Assembly: GCA_963665815.1 (NCBI GenBank)
Contig: OY762463.1
Coordinates: forward strand, 1,888,001-1,952,000
Origin: Candidatus Cloacimonadales bacterium
GTDB taxonomy: Bacteria; Cloacimonadota; Cloacimonadia; Cloacimonadales; JAIOQZ01
DNA length: 64,000 bases
Direction: 5' to 3'
The stretch's first letter is position 1; each line of letters starts with the position of its first letter. The position numbers were made by a program, and so were the translations under genes. Below, one piece after another: positions 21,115 to 30,360 of the stretch. The notes beneath the pieces are model-generated. The model was not told where the DNA came from and did not search any database. It saw nothing but the letters and a program-made list of their open reading frames with translations.

Positions 21115-21948
21115 CTATTCCCCCTGATTTTCTACCAGAGTTTCAATAAGTCTTTCTGAACCTTTTTGCATGTCAATAACCATTCCGTCTACCATTGACA
21201 TGAACATGTTGTTAAAGAATTGAACAGGAATAGCAACAGCAAGACCGGCTGCTGTTGTGATAAGAGCTATTTTAATACCGGAAGCAACAATTGTAGGGTC
21301 CACTTCACCGGCAGCAGCGATATCATCAAATGCTGTGATCATACCAATAATTGTACCAAAGAAACCAAACATAGGCGCAAGGTTAATAGTTGTGTTAAGT
21401 GGAACAAATCCTTTTTCAAGGAAAGCCATTTCAAGAACACTTGCAGCTTCGATTGCTTTTTCAACTGCTTCAACGCCTTTGTCAACTTTAAGTAAAGCCA
21501 TTCTTACGATTACTGAAACAGGTCCTCTTGTTTCTTCACAAAGAGTAATTGCTTCGTCGTATCTTTTATCTTTTACTAAAGGTAAAAGCTTATCAAGAAA
21601 ATCTTCTACTTTAATTTTAGCATATTGTAATGATACAAGTTTCCAGATGATTGTTGCAATCGCCCATAAAAGCAGAATAAGGATTGGCCACATTGTGAAT
21701 CCACCCTGGATAAATATATTAACCGCAGTGCTTCCGAATATAGCTTTTGCAAGTTTTTCCATTCCACCAACTTCTGGTGACTCTTCCATTTTATCGTCTG
21801 AAACGGCTGCTTCTGTCTCCTGAACAGCCTCATTTCCAACTGCTGTGCCTTCTTCCATTACTTCAGTTTCCTGGGCAAACAAATTGCCTGCGAAAACTAA
21901 CTGAAATGCGAACAGTACTATCAGTAACATGATACTACTTTTTCTCAT
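21115..21948 (-). CDS. exbB: MotA/TolQ/ExbB proton channel protein
   Basis: APMFGFFGTIIGMITAF and GIKIALITTAAGLAVAIP motifs. Confidence 0.9.
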   Translation of the reverse strand: MRKSSIMLLIVLFAFQLVFAGNLFAQETEVMEEGTAVGNEAVQETEAAVSDDKMEESPEVGGMEKLAKAIFGSTAVNIFIQGGFTMWPILILLLWAIATIIWKLVSLQYAKIKVEDFLDKLLPLVKDKRYDEAITLCEETRGPVSVIVRMALLKVDKGVEAVEKAIEAASVLEMAFLEKGFVPLNTTINLAPMFGFFGTIIGMITAFDDIAAAGEVDPTIVASGIKIALITTAAGLAVAIPVQFFNNMFMSMVDGMVIDMQKGSERLIETLVENQGE

Positions 21949-21985
21949 TCTTGTATCCTCCTTAATATCAATTATTATTTTAAAA

Positions 21986-24900
21986 TTAGAATTTATATGA
22001 AAGTTCTAAACGGAATGTTCTTCCGTCTGTTCTATTATTTGGATTTGCTGATGAAAGATAATGTACATACTTCATATCCTCAGAAACAAAATCAGATACT
22101 CCTGTAGATAAGTCAGCACCATCTTCGTATGGATCACCTGTTTTTGAGTAAACATTGACTACATTTCTTTTATCAAACAAATTATTTATTGTAAATGTAA
22201 CAGCAAACTGTTGTTTTTCTTTGAATTCTATATTTTTTCTGAAGAAGAGGGATGCTTCATCAACATAATCCTGCTCTTTACTATATTTCTCAAGAGCTCT
22301 GTCATCTTCATTAACTGGAGTGTAAGGTCTTCCAGAGCTAAAAGTGTAATTAAATCCTGTATTAAATCCACCTTTCCAGCCAAAAGGAACGTTGAAATCT
22401 GTTCCGGGAATGTAAATCTCATCATCTTTAGCAATGATATAATTCATTCTGAATTTAGCACTGTGTCTGATATCCCATGGAAGCCTGAATTCTCTGAGGC
22501 TTGTACGAGTAATTTCAGGAGTAGCACTGTCATTATTACCTTTAGACCATGAAAGTGAGTATGAGAGCCCCATACTAACATGATTTTCACCATTAATTTT
22601 ATTAAGTTCAATTTCAAGTCCTCTTGAACTACCGTAATCTTCAGATACATATTGGAAATATTTAATATCAGTATCAGTATCAAGAGTATCAAACTTTGTA
22701 CTCACATAGTTATAAATGTTTTTATAATATGCTTGAATTGATATATCATAATCTTTAAAATCATCTGCAAACTGGTGTTGGTAACCAACTTCATATGTCA
22801 CAGTAATCTGTGGTTCAAGTTCTGAGTTACCAATCGGGTCATTACCTACATCATCAACTGCAGGATCTTTTGTTGTAAAAATGTGTTTCATATTAGGTAA
22901 CTGATTCTGATAGTTATAAAGGAATGATACATTATCTCTCTCAGAAATCGGATACAAAATACCAAATCTTGGAGAAATAAGTAATTGAGATGTGTCTCCA
23001 TCAAATTCCATTTTTCTGAACCCACCATCAATTTCCTGAATTTCGTAACTGTCATGTAAATACCACCAGTCAAATCTTAATCCGGCATTAACTTTCATAC
23101 CTTCAAAAGTGAACTGATCCTGAATGTAATAAGCCGCCTGCCATGGAGATGCTTTATAACCTTCTCTTTGACCGGCAGATCGCATTATCATATATCTGTA
23201 AAATTCCGGTTTGTAATAATAAATCCTTGTATCATCACCATTATCACCATGCATTACTAATACTGAGTCGCAAATATCATTTTCAGGATAATATTCCCAA
23301 TCAAGATTATCATCAATTGCTATTGTTCCTGTTGGATTTAAATCTAACTTATCAAATGCAATATAAGCGTTGTTGTTAACTTTACCTTCATCATAGTATG
23401 TCAGATTGTTAGCATCATCTCTTTCAATGAAATGTCTCTGGATCTCCAGACCGGTTTTTATCTGATGACCTAAATCCAATGGGTTATACTGAAAATCAGA
23501 TCTGAATTGAATGTTCTCAGTTGTATTGTCCTTAACTGAAGCAAAATATGATCCCGGAGGTGAGTACCCCTGAATCGCTTTATCAACATCATCTGCCTTT
23601 TCATTCCATTTCCATTGGTTAGCTTTTAAATAACCGAGACTGTCAAGAACACCGTCTGAATCTCTATCAATACTATAAACACCATAATATTCCAGAATTG
23701 GATTATAATTAGCATAGTCAAGTTTCCAGAAGTCACCTTCACTTAATTGACGAGGAGATTCCTTTGTGTTCTTCTTATAATAAGAAGCTTTCACCTTGAG
23801 AATGTTACCACTGAAGGTATAGTCATAATTACCTACAACCTGCATCAGAGAGTTCTCAGTAACTGCAAAGTTTTCAAGTGCATATTTCATTGATTGATTA
23901 TAAGGATAATTCTTGGAATTCTCTCCCCTGACAGCAATTGTCATTTTCTGAGAAGGAGTGAATGCATACTTGAATTTTGAGTTGTAATTATATGAATTAT
24001 AATTTCTTTCATCAATATCAATACCAAGAAAACTGTCTCTGTCTTCATAAGGTCTATTGTCAACATTATAAATCTCATTAGCTAATAAATGTCTACCCCC
24101 AAAAGTATAATCTTCATAAGGATTATTCTCTCTCCACTGACCGTCTCTACCATCTGATCTGGCAAGAGCGGCATTAATAAAGAATGTGAACTTTTTGGCT
24201 AAAACATCATTAAATGGAAGTATAGGTCCTCCAAGCGTGAACGCAACTCTATCATAATTGTATCCATCTACCAGAAAGTGATCTGTAGAATACTTGATAG
24301 TTCCTTCGTATTCTTCTGTACCGCTTTTTGTAATAATATTCATTACACTTGACTGTGAGTTACCATACTCTGCAGGGAAACTGAACATTTGAGAAGTAGT
24401 GTGAACAGCGTCCATATCAACTGAAAGTGCAGCACCACCATCAACAGGGTCACTAACCTGCATACCGTCAATCATAATTGTTGTTTCATTAGCTCTTCCG
24501 CCACGAGCATGAGATACTCCGCCAACTGTCACTGTTCCGGGAGACTGTGCAATAAGATCATTAATACTTTCAATATTCTTTTCTTCAAGATCTCTGGAAG
24601 TATTCTGACGTTTACTTGTACCCGCAGTCGCATTCAGTCTTTTTACTTTCTGTCCCGTTACTACTATAGGACCAGTCTTTATAGCATGAACACCAAGTTT
24701 AACATTCAGAGTTCTGGTTACATCAAGCTGAATCTCAATATCTTCATAAACTGTTTCCTGATAGCCCATTCTCTTGAATTTAACAACATACTTACCGGGG
24801 TACAAACCGACTATCTGATATGCTCCCTTTTCTGATGTCATTCCATTACCTTGCAAATCATCGCCAAGATAAACAAGAACGATCGCTCCCTGCAATGGTT

Positions 24901-25009
24901 CGCCTTGTTCGTTCTTCACCTTCCCGACTAAATTACCCGTCTCTCCGGCATGTAGAGCTATACTTGCTCCAAAGCATATTAACAGAAGCAGCAATTTTAC
25001 TTTCCGCAT
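21986..25009 (-). CDS. TonB-dependent receptor with N-terminal carboxypeptidase-regulatory-like domain
   Basis: Signal peptide; GNLVGKV...GEPLQGA N-domain; plug RGGRANET..IDG; NAGLRFD, GNSELEPQ, NNLFD; C-terminal ELSYKF. Confidence 0.9.
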   Translation of the reverse strand: MRKVKLLLLLICFGASIALHAGETGNLVGKVKNEQGEPLQGAIVLVYLGDDLQGNGMTSEKGAYQIVGLYPGKYVVKFKRMGYQETVYEDIEIQLDVTRTLNVKLGVHAIKTGPIVVTGQKVKRLNATAGTSKRQNTSRDLEEKNIESINDLIAQSPGTVTVGGVSHARGGRANETTIMIDGMQVSDPVDGGAALSVDMDAVHTTSQMFSFPAEYGNSQSSVMNIITKSGTEEYEGTIKYSTDHFLVDGYNYDRVAFTLGGPILPFNDVLAKKFTFFINAALARSDGRDGQWRENNPYEDYTFGGRHLLANEIYNVDNRPYEDRDSFLGIDIDERNYNSYNYNSKFKYAFTPSQKMTIAVRGENSKNYPYNQSMKYALENFAVTENSLMQVVGNYDYTFSGNILKVKASYYKKNTKESPRQLSEGDFWKLDYANYNPILEYYGVYSIDRDSDGVLDSLGYLKANQWKWNEKADDVDKAIQGYSPPGSYFASVKDNTTENIQFRSDFQYNPLDLGHQIKTGLEIQRHFIERDDANNLTYYDEGKVNNNAYIAFDKLDLNPTGTIAIDDNLDWEYYPENDICDSVLVMHGDNGDDTRIYYYKPEFYRYMIMRSAGQREGYKASPWQAAYYIQDQFTFEGMKVNAGLRFDWWYLHDSYEIQEIDGGFRKMEFDGDTSQLLISPRFGILYPISERDNVSFLYNYQNQLPNMKHIFTTKDPAVDDVGNDPIGNSELEPQITVTYEVGYQHQFADDFKDYDISIQAYYKNIYNYVSTKFDTLDTDTDIKYFQYVSEDYGSSRGLEIELNKINGENHVSMGLSYSLSWSKGNNDSATPEITRTSLREFRLPWDIRHSAKFRMNYIIAKDDEIYIPGTDFNVPFGWKGGFNTGFNYTFSSGRPYTPVNEDDRALEKYSKEQDYVDEASLFFRKNIEFKEKQQFAVTFTINNLFDKRNVVNVYSKTGDPYEDGADLSTGVSDFVSEDMKYVHYLSSANPNNRTDGRTFRLELSYKF

Positions 25010-25124
25010 TAATAGGCCTCCCTTTATCTATTTAAAAATATTTTTTTTCATCTGACAAAAACATTCCGAGAATTGTTAGATGTCAATTAATTTTTGTAAT
25101 AATAACTATCAATAATCGTTCCAT

Positions 25125-25955
25125 TTAAAACGATCTGTTTAAATTCCAAGATTCTGAAGCGTATTTTTCTTCCAACAGTTTATTTGTAAAAGCTTGTTCT
25201 GAATCTGTCAAAAGGCTTGAATAAACAAAATTGTCAGTTTCCCAGTTTTTTTCAAATCCTCTGGCAAGAATTTCTGAGACTTCAGTAAATGTATATTGTT
25301 TTATTGTAGTATGTGCGTTAATAAATGTCGTTTTTTTTGTTAACAGTCGGGACAAACGTAAACGTTGTTTACTATCAAGTTTTTTCATTATGAATGCAAC
25401 TTCAGACTGATCATAATCTAACTGAATAGATCCATGCTGTAAAAGATATCCGTCCCTGCGAAGCTGTGCTGAACCGACAATCTTCCTGTTGTCAACCTTG
25501 AGTTCATACCTCGAACTTGATGTAAAACACGGATTACCTGCCATTCTCTGTTCACCGGAACTTAGGAATCCTTTTTCAAACTCCACCGGAACACCAAGGT
25601 CTGACAATCCAACTGCAAGGGCTTGACTTATTTTAGCATATGATTCCGTAACACCTGATCCGCCAAAAACCGATACCGGAGCAGTAATACAGTAAGTTAC
25701 CTCCATTTTATGAAGAACAACTCTACCGCCTGTAGGTCTGCGTACAAAATCCCAGCCATTCTCTTTAAGAGTCAGAAAATCTATCTCTTCTTCTGCATTC
25801 TGATGATAACCGCATGAAATTGTCGGATTATTCCAGTCATAAAATCGAATTGTCGGAATAGAATCTCCGCTTTTTAAACCTTGCATTAAAGCTTCATCGA
25901 CAGCCATATTCTCGGCTGCCGATCTTTTATTATCCAGAATTATTCGCCATTGCAT
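25125..25955 (-). CDS. Lipoate-protein ligase A family (LplA/LipM-like)
   Basis: NMAVDEAL, VRRPTGGR, RKIVGSAQ, LQHGSI motifs. Confidence 0.88.
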   Translation of the reverse strand: MQWRIILDNKRSAAENMAVDEALMQGLKSGDSIPTIRFYDWNNPTISCGYHQNAEEEIDFLTLKENGWDFVRRPTGGRVVLHKMEVTYCITAPVSVFGGSGVTESYAKISQALAVGLSDLGVPVEFEKGFLSSGEQRMAGNPCFTSSSRYELKVDNRKIVGSAQLRRDGYLLQHGSIQLDYDQSEVAFIMKKLDSKQRLRLSRLLTKKTTFINAHTTIKQYTFTEVSEILARGFEKNWETDNFVYSSLLTDSEQAFTNKLLEEKYASESWNLNRSF

Positions 25956-26980
25956 CAGAAACTGAGCCTTACCTTTTCAGCAGTGTCACCCTTGACAATT
26001 TCTCCGACAGGAATCCCATCAGTAGCTGAAATTATTTTATCAGCATTATCTTTATCTGCTACTACCATGAATCCTATTCCCATATTGAAAGCACTGTACA
26101 TTTCAGGCAGTTCCACGTTTCCTGCATTCTGCATGAAATTAAACACTGCAGGAGTCTCCCAGACTTTCGTATCTATCTCTGCTCTGAGTCCATCAGGAAT
26201 AATCCTCTTGAGATTACCAACAATACCGCCACCGGTAATATGAGCCATACCATGTACAAATTCCGGCAATGCCCATTCTTTAAGTTCAGGATAATATGAT
26301 TTATGTATACTGAGCATTACTTCTGCAACAGTCTTACCGCATTCCGGTATTATACTGTCCACAGTCATTTTCTGCTTATCAAAAATTATCTTACGGGCAA
26401 GAGAATATCCATTTGTATGAAGTCCGGTAGATGAATAGCCAATAACAATATCACCTTCGGAGATACTTTGACCGGTAATAATGTTATCTCTTTCAATCAG
26501 ACCAACGATTGTTCCGGCAAGATCAAAATCATCTTCGCTGTATATTCCCGGCATTTCAGCCATTTCTCCGCCAATGAGAGCCATTCCGTTTTCCTGACAA
26601 GCTTTGGAAAAACCGGAAATAATTTTCTCAATCACTTCTGGATGCAGTTTACCAACACCAATATAATCAAGAAAATACTGTGGATGAGCTCCCTGTACGA
26701 AAATATCATCTACACAATGATTAACCAAGTCCTGTCCAACCGTGTCGTAAATACCAGCCATAACAGCTATCATTAATTTAGTACCGACTCCGTCAGCACT
26801 TGAGACAAGCACAGGTTTCTTCCATTTTTCAAGGTCTATATTATAAAGACCTCCAAATCCGCCAATATGACTGAGAACATTCTCATTAAAAGTCTTCTTC
26901 ACAAGTGGTTTAATTCTTGAAACAGCATTTTCTCCGGCATGAATATCTACACCGGCTTCTTCGTAAGTTAGTTTTCCCAT
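25955..26980 (-). CDS. purM: Phosphoribosylformylglycinamidine cyclo-ligase (AIR synthetase)
   Basis: YEEAGVDI, DGVGTK, GGEMAEMPG, GLHTNGYSL, AHITGGG, FNMGIG. Confidence 0.95.
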   Translation of the reverse strand: MGKLTYEEAGVDIHAGENAVSRIKPLVKKTFNENVLSHIGGFGGLYNIDLEKWKKPVLVSSADGVGTKLMIAVMAGIYDTVGQDLVNHCVDDIFVQGAHPQYFLDYIGVGKLHPEVIEKIISGFSKACQENGMALIGGEMAEMPGIYSEDDFDLAGTIVGLIERDNIITGQSISEGDIVIGYSSTGLHTNGYSLARKIIFDKQKMTVDSIIPECGKTVAEVMLSIHKSYYPELKEWALPEFVHGMAHITGGGIVGNLKRIIPDGLRAEIDTKVWETPAVFNFMQNAGNVELPEMYSAFNMGIGFMVVADKDNADKIISATDGIPVGEIVKGDTAEKVRLSF

Positions 26981-26992
26981 AATGTTTCAGTC

Positions 26993-27904
26993 CTATTTTG
27001 CATTTTTGATAATTGACATCGAATCCAGCATATATTTCATACGCTTTTCAATATCTTTGGTTTTAACCTTTTTCAGTTCAGTCATACTGAAATCCTGAAT
27101 ATTGAATGAAGCCATTACAGATCCATGTATCATAGCAAGTTTAACTGCATGTTGAGAAAAATCGTTCTTTCCTGCAATATATCCCATGAAACCACCTGCA
27201 AAACTGTCACCAGCCCCTGTCGGATCAACAACATTTCTAACCGGATAAACAGGAGCAAAGAATGTAAAAGCTTCTGAAATTGCAAAAGCTCCGTATTCTC
27301 CCTGCTTGATAACAACAAGTTTTACACCGTATTCAAGAGCAGCATCTGCCGCCTGGAATACATTTTTCTTACCTGTAAGCTGTTTTACTTCATCTTCATT
27401 GATGAAGAGAATATCAACATCCTTTATTACATCAAGAAGATCATCTTTACATGATTCAATCCAATAGTTCATTGTATCAATAGCAATTATTTTTGCATGA
27501 TCAAGCTGATCCAGCACTTTCCTCTGAAGTTTTGGATGAATATTACCAAGGAACAGACACTCTGTTGATTTATAACTTTCAGGTATTATCGGATCAAAAT
27601 CTGCAAATACGTTAAGTTGAGTATCAAGAGTTATTGCCTGATTCAGATTATCATATTTTCCAACCCATCTGAAAGTTTTACCTTCGGCTATTTCAAGACC
27701 TTCAGTATCAATATTGAATCCATTCAGCATATCAATATATTCCTGCGGGAAGTCCTGACCAACTACTCCTACGATTCCGGTCTTACAGAAATTACGGCTT
27801 ACAAGTGAAGCATAATATGCAGAACCTCCGAGCACTTCGTTAACCTTTCCACTGGGTGTTTGAATTGTATCAAGTGCGACAGAACCAACTATTGTCAGTT
27901 TCAT
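26993..27904 (-). CDS. PfkB-family carbohydrate/nucleoside kinase
   Basis: LGGSA N-terminal motif and DPTGAGDSFAGG signature. Confidence 0.9.
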   Translation of the reverse strand: MKLTIVGSVALDTIQTPSGKVNEVLGGSAYYASLVSRNFCKTGIVGVVGQDFPQEYIDMLNGFNIDTEGLEIAEGKTFRWVGKYDNLNQAITLDTQLNVFADFDPIIPESYKSTECLFLGNIHPKLQRKVLDQLDHAKIIAIDTMNYWIESCKDDLLDVIKDVDILFINEDEVKQLTGKKNVFQAADAALEYGVKLVVIKQGEYGAFAISEAFTFFAPVYPVRNVVDPTGAGDSFAGGFMGYIAGKNDFSQHAVKLAMIHGSVMASFNIQDFSMTELKKVKTKDIEKRMKYMLDSMSIIKNAK

Positions 27905-27928
27905 GTGATCTCCTCATTTTTTTGCTTT

Positions 27929-28126
27929 TTATTCAATTTCTATTGTTTGTTCCTGTTTATGGAAAAAGGATTTCATTTTCTTTATATCTTCTGAAGAAAA
28001 GTTCTTTATAACTATAATCAACAGAGCAACAGCCAGAATCCTTATAATAAGGTTCGACCATTTATTGGATTTGACTGATTTACGTTCGTCGTATCTTCTT
28101 CTGATCAGTTCATGAAATAGTTTCAT
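27929..28126 (-). CDS. Small single-pass membrane protein, hypothetical
   Basis: 65 aa with one hydrophobic segment; start overlaps the aminotransferase stop (TAATG). Confidence 0.6.
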   Translation of the reverse strand: MKLFHELIRRRYDERKSVKSNKWSNLIIRILAVALLIIVIKNFSSEDIKKMKSFFHKQEQTIEIE

Positions 28127-29334
28127 TATAAAAGACTTTCAAGACCTGCTTTGAATCTGCTGATACCCTCTTTAATGTTTTCCATACTGTTTGCATATGA
28201 GAATCTGACATAGCTCAGAGCTCCAAATGCCTGTCCGGGAACCAGAGCCACATGGTATTTTTCAAGCCAGTAATTGCAAAGATCTACTGTGCTGTTCAGG
28301 TTTTTCTTGTTATTAAACAGATAGTATGAAATATTAGGCATTGCATAGAATGCACCTTTAGGCATGTAGCAGGAAATGTTAGGAAGCTTATTCAACTCTT
28401 CCACAAGATATCTTCTTCTTTTATCAAATTCCTTTCTCATCATTTCTACAGATCCGTCATCCTGAGTTAAAGCTGCAATTGTTGCCATCTGAGCAATACT
28501 GCATACATTAGATGTCAAGTGGCTCTGAATTCTGCTTGCTCTTTTAATGACTTCAGCAGGTCCGGCACAGTAACCGACTCTCCAACCAGTCATGGAGTGA
28601 CTTTTGGAAACACCATTAATCACGATAGTGTTTGCCTGCATTTCAGGAGAAAGAGAAGCGATTGAAACATGTTCTCTTCCGTCATAGACCAACTTTTCAT
28701 AAATTTCGTCAGAAATAACAAATATATTGTATTTAAGGCAGACTTCTGCAATTTCTTCAAGCTGTTTACGTCTATATACTGTACCTGTAGGATTATTAGG
28801 GCTGTTAAGCATCAGCACTTTGGGAGTAGTATGAGAATTGATTGCATCTTCAAGCTGTTTTCCGCTTATTTTAAAACTGGATGCATCATTAGTCTGCCTG
28901 GTCGGCAGTAAGATTGGAAATGCATCAACCATTTCAACCTGAGAAGTATAACTTACCCAGTATGGTGAAGGAATCAGCACCTGATCTCTCGGATCACATA
29001 AAGTCATAAGAACCTGAAAAATTGAAGCTTTTGCACCTGGAGAAACAAGAATATTTTCCGGATCATAATCAAGATTGTTATCCTTCTTGAGTTTATGACA
29101 TATTGCTTCTCTGAGCTCAACCACACCCTGTGTATTTGTATATCGGGTATGATTATTGTTTATTGCATCAATTCCAGCCTGCTTAATGTAATCTGGGGTG
29201 AAATAATCAGGTTCTCCCACACCGAAATTTATAACATCAATTCCCTGTGCTCTCATGCTTTTAGCTTTTGCAGATACAGAGAGAGTCGGTGAAGGAAGAA
29301 TAGCTTTTGCTCTGTTAGCAATCTTTACGCTCAT
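28126..29334 (-). CDS. PLP-dependent class I/II aminotransferase (aspartate aminotransferase-like)
   Basis: GEPD, NSPNNPTG, SDEIYE, SKSHSMTGWRVGY. Confidence 0.92.
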   Translation of the reverse strand: MSVKIANRAKAILPSPTLSVSAKAKSMRAQGIDVINFGVGEPDYFTPDYIKQAGIDAINNNHTRYTNTQGVVELREAICHKLKKDNNLDYDPENILVSPGAKASIFQVLMTLCDPRDQVLIPSPYWVSYTSQVEMVDAFPILLPTRQTNDASSFKISGKQLEDAINSHTTPKVLMLNSPNNPTGTVYRRKQLEEIAEVCLKYNIFVISDEIYEKLVYDGREHVSIASLSPEMQANTIVINGVSKSHSMTGWRVGYCAGPAEVIKRASRIQSHLTSNVCSIAQMATIAALTQDDGSVEMMRKEFDKRRRYLVEELNKLPNISCYMPKGAFYAMPNISYYLFNNKKNLNSTVDLCNYWLEKYHVALVPGQAFGALSYVRFSYANSMENIKEGISRFKAGLESLL

Positions 29335-29369
29335 AACTACCTCTTAATTTAATATATTTTTTTACTTAA

Positions 29370-30359
29370 TTATACAGACATTAATAGAACAAGGATTGAA
29401 GTATTGACTATATCATCTACAGAGCATCCTCTGGAAAGATCACATATTGGTGCAGCGAGTCCCTGAATAACCGGACCAATTGCTTCTGCACATGCAAATC
29501 TTTGAACTAACTTGTAACCGATGTTTCCTGCCTGAAGGTCAGGGAATACAAGTACATTAGCTTTACCGGCAACATTACTGTTCGGAGCTTTTGAAGCAGC
29601 AACTTTTGGAACGATGGCAGCATCAAGCTGAAGCTCACCGTCAAAATCGAAATCGACTTTTCTATCTTTAAGTATTTCTACTGTATTTCTCACTTTCTGT
29701 ACAAGTTCGTGATCCGCAGATCCTTTTGTTGAGAATGAAAGAAGTGCAACTTTCGGATCATCACCAATAAGTTTCTGTCTTACTTCTGCTGTTGAAACAG
29801 CTATATCTGCAAGCTGATTTTCATCTGGCTGAGGTACAACAGCACAGTCAGCAAAAAGGAATACTCTATCTGATCCCATGAAATCTTTTGCAACCATAAT
29901 GAATGAACTTGATACGGTTTTTAGTCCTGCTTTTACACCGACAACCTGCAAAGCTGATCTCAGAACATCTGCAGTAGTGTTAGCTGCTCCGGCAACCATC
30001 CCTGAAGCATGTTTGAACTGAACAAGTAATGCTCCGAAATACAGAGGATTCTTTACAGCAGCTTCAGCCTGTTCTCTGGTTATCCCTTTTTTCTCTCTTT
30101 TCTTGAAGAAGAAATCTATGAATTCAGGAAGCAGTTCTGATTCATCAGGATTCATAATTTCGGCACCTGAAACATCAACGCCAAGTTCATTGCATTTTTC
30201 TTTTATCTTTGCTTCATTTCCAACAAGAATTACTTCACAGATTTCTTCCTGTAAAATAATTTCTGTAGCTTTGAGCATTCTATCATCACCTGATTCCGGC
30301 AGTACAACTTTACCTTTAAGCTGTTTTGCTTTTTCTTTAAGATTATTTATAATATCCAT
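29370..30359 (-). CDS. pta: Phosphate acetyltransferase (phosphotransacylase)
   Basis: VLPE, FADCAV, LSFSTKGS, DGELQLDAA, GNIGYKL, DLSRG; start adjusted to ATG at 30359. Confidence 0.93.
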   Translation of the reverse strand: MDIINNLKEKAKQLKGKVVLPESGDDRMLKATEIILQEEICEVILVGNEAKIKEKCNELGVDVSGAEIMNPDESELLPEFIDFFFKKREKKGITREQAEAAVKNPLYFGALLVQFKHASGMVAGAANTTADVLRSALQVVGVKAGLKTVSSSFIMVAKDFMGSDRVFLFADCAVVPQPDENQLADIAVSTAEVRQKLIGDDPKVALLSFSTKGSADHELVQKVRNTVEILKDRKVDFDFDGELQLDAAIVPKVAASKAPNSNVAGKANVLVFPDLQAGNIGYKLVQRFACAEAIGPVIQGLAAPICDLSRGCSVDDIVNTSILVLLMSV

Positions 30360-30360
30360 T

